This document shows, in pieces, positions 59,701 to 64,000 of a stretch of DNA of 64,000 nt; position 1 is the first letter of the stretch, and every line of letters begins with the position of its first letter. Position numbers and translations under genes: made by a program. Source of the stretch: the human T2T-CHM13v2.0 reference genome, Homo sapiens; NCBI RefSeq assembly GCF_009914755.1, contig NC_060940.1; one strand, written 5' to 3'. Under the pieces are notes generated by a model that searched no databases, was not told where the DNA came from, and was given only the letters and a program-made list of their open reading frames with translations.

Positions 59701-62700
59701 ATGATGATTCCATTGGATTTCACTTGATGATTCTATTCGATTCCATTCAATGATGATTCACTTCTCGTCCATTGGATGATTCCATTTCATTCCATTCGAT
59801 GATGATTCCATTCGATTCCATTCGTTGATTCCATTTGATTCCATGCGACGGTGAGCAATTCGATTCAATTCCATGATGATTCTATTTGATTCAATTAGAT
59901 GATGTTTCCATTCGAATCCATTCCATGATTATTCCATTGGAATCCATTCGGCGATGATTCCATATGAGTCAATTCAATGATGATTCCATATGGGTCCGTT
60001 CGATGATAATTCCATTTGATTTCATTCGATGCTTCTATTCTATTCCAGTCGATGATGATTCCGTTGGAGTCCATACGATGATTCCATTTGATTTCATTTG
60101 ATGATGATTCCATTCGATGATGATTACATTGGATTCCATTCTATGATTCCATTCAATTCCATTCGTTGATGATTCGATTCCATTCAATGATGATTCCATT
60201 TGAGTTCATTCGATGATTCTATTCGATTCCGTTCGATGGTGATTCAATTCTATTATATTGGATGATTCCACTCGATTCCATTTGATGATTATTCCATTGG
60301 AGTCCACTTAGTGAATCCTTTAGATTCTACTCGACGATGATTCCATTCGAGTCCATTCGATGATACCATTCAATTCCATTCGTTGATGCTTCCATTCAAG
60401 TGCATTCGATGATATCATTCGATTCCATTTGATGATAATTCCATTTGATTCCATGCGATGATTCTATTCGATTCCATTCAATGATAATTCCATTCAATTC
60501 AGTGATTCCTCTGGACTCCATTTGATGATGATTCCATTCAATGATTCCATTCGATTCTATTCGAAAATGATTCCATTTGAATCCATTTGATGATGATTCC
60601 ATTAGATTCCATTTGATGATTCCATTCGATTCCATTCGACGATGATTCCATTCGATTCCGTTTGATGATTCCATTCTATTCTATTCGATGATGATTCCAT
60701 TCGATTCCATTCGATGATGATTGGATTCGATTCCATTGGATGATTTCATTTGATTCCATTCGTTAATGATTTCGATCAATTCCATTCGATGATTCCATTC
60801 GATTCCATTCGATAATGATTACATCCGAGTCCATTCGATGATTCCCTTTGAGCCTGTTCGATAATTCCATTTGAGTCCAACCAATGATTCCATTCATTTC
60901 CATTCAATGATTCCATTCGAGTCCATTTGATCATTCCGGTAGGGTCCATTCGATGTTGATTCCATTGGAGTGCATTCGATGATTCCATTCGAGTCCATTT
61001 TAGGATTTGATTCGAGTCCTTTCGATGATTCCATTCGATTCCACTCGATGATGATTTCATTCGAGTCCATTCGACACTTCCAATCGATTCCATTTGATGA
61101 TTCCATTCGAGTCCAATTGATGATTCCATTCAATTCCATTCGATGATGATTCCGTACGATTCCATTCTGTGATGATTCCATGTGATTGCATTCAATGATG
61201 ATTCCTTTCGATTGCATTCGATTATGATTCATTTCGTGTTCATTCTATGGTTCCACAGGTTTCCATTCGTGTCCATTCCATTATTCCATTCTATTCCATT
61301 TGATGATGATTCCATTCGATTCCATTCATTGGTGATTCCACTCAATTCCATTCAATGATTCCATTCCATTTCTTTCAACAATGATTCCATTAGTTTCTAA
61401 TCGATGATCCACTTGATTCCATTTGACGACGATTCCATTCTTGTCCATTCGATGATTCCATTTGATTCCATATGATGATGATTCCATTCGATTCCATACC
61501 ATGATGATTCCATTCGAGTCCATTCAATGGTGATTCCATTCAATTCCATTCGATGATTCCTTTCGATTCCATTCGATGATGATGGCATTCGATTCCTTTC
61601 AATCATTCCCTTTGATTCCATTCAAAGGTGATTTCATTCAAGTCCATTCGATAATTGCATTCGATTCCATTCTATGATGATTCCATTCGAGTCCATTTGA
61701 TGATTCCATTCAATTCAAGTCAATGATGATTCCATTCGATTCCATTCGATGATTCCATTGGATTCCATTCGATGATGATTCCATTCAAATACATTCGATA
61801 ATTCAATTCAAGTCCATTCGATGATGATTCCAATCGAATCCATTCAAAGATTCCATTCAGTTCCATTCGATGATTCCCTTAGATTCCATTCGATGATTCC
61901 ACTTGATTGCATTTACGATGATTCCATTCGATTCCATGTGATGATTCCATTCAATTCTATTCAATGATGTCTCCATTTGATTCCATTCGACCATGATTGC
62001 CTTTGATTCCATTCAATGATTCCATTCGGTTCCGTTTGATGATGATTCCGTTCGATTCCATTTGATGATTCCATTTGATTCCATTGGATGAGTCCATTCG
62101 ATTACATTCGATGATTATTCCATTCGAGTGCATTAGATGATTCCATTCGAGTCCATTCGATGATTCCATTCGATTCCATTCGATGTTGATTCTGTTCAAA
62201 TCCATTCGATGATTCCACTCGATTCCATTCGTTGACTCCATTTGATCCCATTCGATGATTTCCTTTGATTCCCTTTGATGATCATTCCATTTGATTCAAT
62301 TCGGTGATTTCATTTGATTCCATTCAGTGATGTTTCCATTCGACTCCATTCGATGATGATTCCATTCGACTCCATTCGATTATGATTTCATTCAATTCCA
62401 TTCGATAATGATTCCCTTCGAGTCCATTCGATGATTCCATTCGATTCCATTCAACGATGATTTGATTCGTGTCCATTCGATGATTCCATTTGATTCCACA
62501 TGATGATGATTCCATTCGAGTCCATTTGATGATTCCATTCAATTCCATACTCCGATGATTTCTTTTGAGCCCACTCAATGCTTCCACTCGATTCCATATG
62601 ATGATGACTCCATTCGATGAAATTCGATGATGATTCCATTCGCTTGCTTTCGATGATGATTCCACTTGAGTCCGTTAGAAGATTCTATTCAATTACATTC

Positions 62701-62896
62701 CATGACGATTCCGTTCGAGTCCATTTGATGATTCCATTAGACTCCATTCGACGATGATTCCATTCGATGTTATTCGATGATTCCATTCGATCTCATTCGA
62801 TGATGATTCCATTCAACTCCATTCGATGTTTCCATTCGAGTTCATTCTATTATTCCATTAGATTCCATTCGATGATGATTCCATTCGATTCCATTT
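56785..62896 (+). repeat. HOR unit 10 (6,112 bp)
   Basis: Marker at 56785; lacks the unit 7-9 private variants. Confidence 0.97.
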
Positions 62897-64000
62897 GATG
62901 ATTGCATTCTATTTCATTTGATGATGATTCCATTCGAGTCCACTCGATGATTCCATTCGAGTCCATTTAATGAATCCATTGGTTTCAATTCTATGATGAT
63001 TACATTGGATTCCATTCGTTGATGATTTCATTCGGTTCCATTCAATGATGATTCCATTCAATTCCTTTCAATGTTTCCATTCAATTCCATACGATGATGA
63101 TTCCATTTGATTTGATTCGACAGTGAGCCATTCGATTCAATTCCATGATGATTCTATTTGATTCAATTGGTTGACATTTCCATTCGATTCCATTCGATGA
63201 TGATTCCCTTTGATTCCGTTCCAAGATGATTCCATTCTAGCCCATTCAATCATTCCATTCGATTCTATTCAATGATGATTCCATTCATGTCGATTTGGTG
63301 ATTCCATTTGACTTCATTTGATGATGATTCCTTTCAAGTTCATTAGATGATTCCATTCGATTCCATTTGATGATGATCCCATTCGAGTCCATTCAGTGAT
63401 TCCATTCGTTTCCATTCCATGATGATTCCATTCCTTTCCATTCAATGATTCCATTCGATTCCGTTTGATGATGATTTCATTCGAGTCCATTTGATGATTC
63501 CATTTGATTCCATTCGATGATGATTCCATTCGAGTCCATTCGATGATTCTATTCGAATCCATTTGATGATTTCTTTTGATTATATTTGGTGATGATTCCA
63601 TTGGAGTCCATTCAATGATTCCATTCGATTCCAATCGATGATGATTCCATTAGAGTCCATTTAATGATTCCATTTGATTCCAGTCTCTGATGATTACATT
63701 CGAGTCCATACGATGATTCCACTCAATTCCATATGATGATGATTCCATTTGATTCCATTCGGTGATTCCATTCTATTCTATTCAATGGTGATTCCATTCG
63801 AGTACATTAGATGATTCCATTCGATTCCATTCAATGATGATTCTATTTGTGTCCCTTAGATGATTCCACATGATTCCATTAGATGATGATACTATTTGAG
63901 CCCATCCAATGATTCCCTTCGATTCCATTCGATGAGGATTCCATTCGATTCAATTCATTGGTGATTCTATTCAATTCAATTCTTTGATTCCATTCCATTC
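62897..64000 (+). repeat. HOR unit 11 (partial, cut by window end)
   Basis: Marker at 62897; colinear with HOR 1-1104. Confidence 0.96.

Larger units (their letters stand above)
1..64000 (+). repeat. Human satellite 2 (HSat2/HSATII) pericentromeric tandem array, CATTC strand on +; probably the HSat2B ~6.1-kb-period array (chr16q11.2)
   Basis: Continuous ATTCCATTCG/GAGTCCATTCG decamers separated by ATG or ATGATG (23/26-bp monomers), rich in TCGA. This is the HSat2 grammar rather than the simple (CATTC)n of HSat3. No non-satellite sequence or strand switch seen. Subfamily and chromosome are inferred from the 6,112-bp period and are less certain than the family call. Confidence 0.96.

Noticed and set aside
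418-63634. Many minus-strand ORFs of 60-132 aa (MESSNGIEWNHRM-like)
   Set aside because: They are translations of the GAATGGAATC strand of the satellite, which is ATG-rich and stop-poor, while the + strand is full of TGA. They overlap in several frames, repeat every HOR, are made or broken by single substitutions and show no domain or gene structure.
1-64000. Possible CRISPR-like or information-storing repeat array
   Set aside because: No invariant direct repeats alternating with unique spacers and no cas-like ORFs. The variation is ordinary monomer decay copied at 6,112-bp intervals.
1-64000. HSat3 (heat-shock satellite III) or alpha-satellite identity
   Set aside because: Pure (CATTC)n runs reach only about three copies, ATG spacers are ubiquitous, and there is no 171-bp periodicity or recognisable CENP-B box.
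1-64000. Inversion or strand switch within the array
   Set aside because: The CATTC strand stays on + throughout; no GAATG-rich tract was seen and all long ORFs lie on the minus strand.

Overview
The whole 64 kb is one uninterrupted, single-orientation array of human satellite 2 (HSat2/HSATII), built from diverged 23/26-bp ATTCCATTCG-ATTCCATTCG-ATG(ATG) monomers. These are organised into a 6,112-bp higher-order repeat (HOR). From recall, a ~6.1-kb period matches the HSat2B array of the chromosome 16q11.2 pericentromere; the sequence alone cannot prove the location. Using position 1 as an arbitrary phase, units start at 1, 6113, 12225, 18337, 26410, 32337, 38449, 44561, 50673, 56785 and 62897. 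Eight complete units are exactly 6,112 bp. Unit 4 (8,073 bp) and unit 5 (5,927 bp) form a rearranged, more diverged island with an internal ~1.9-kb re-duplication, a ~170-bp segment I cannot place in the HOR, and several monomer-quantised indels. I find no genes, RNA genes, transposons or CRISPR arrays, and all ORFs in the track are translation artefacts of the satellite. I see no support for a new protein-based system; the points of interest concern array structure and evolution. All variant comparisons were made by eye.
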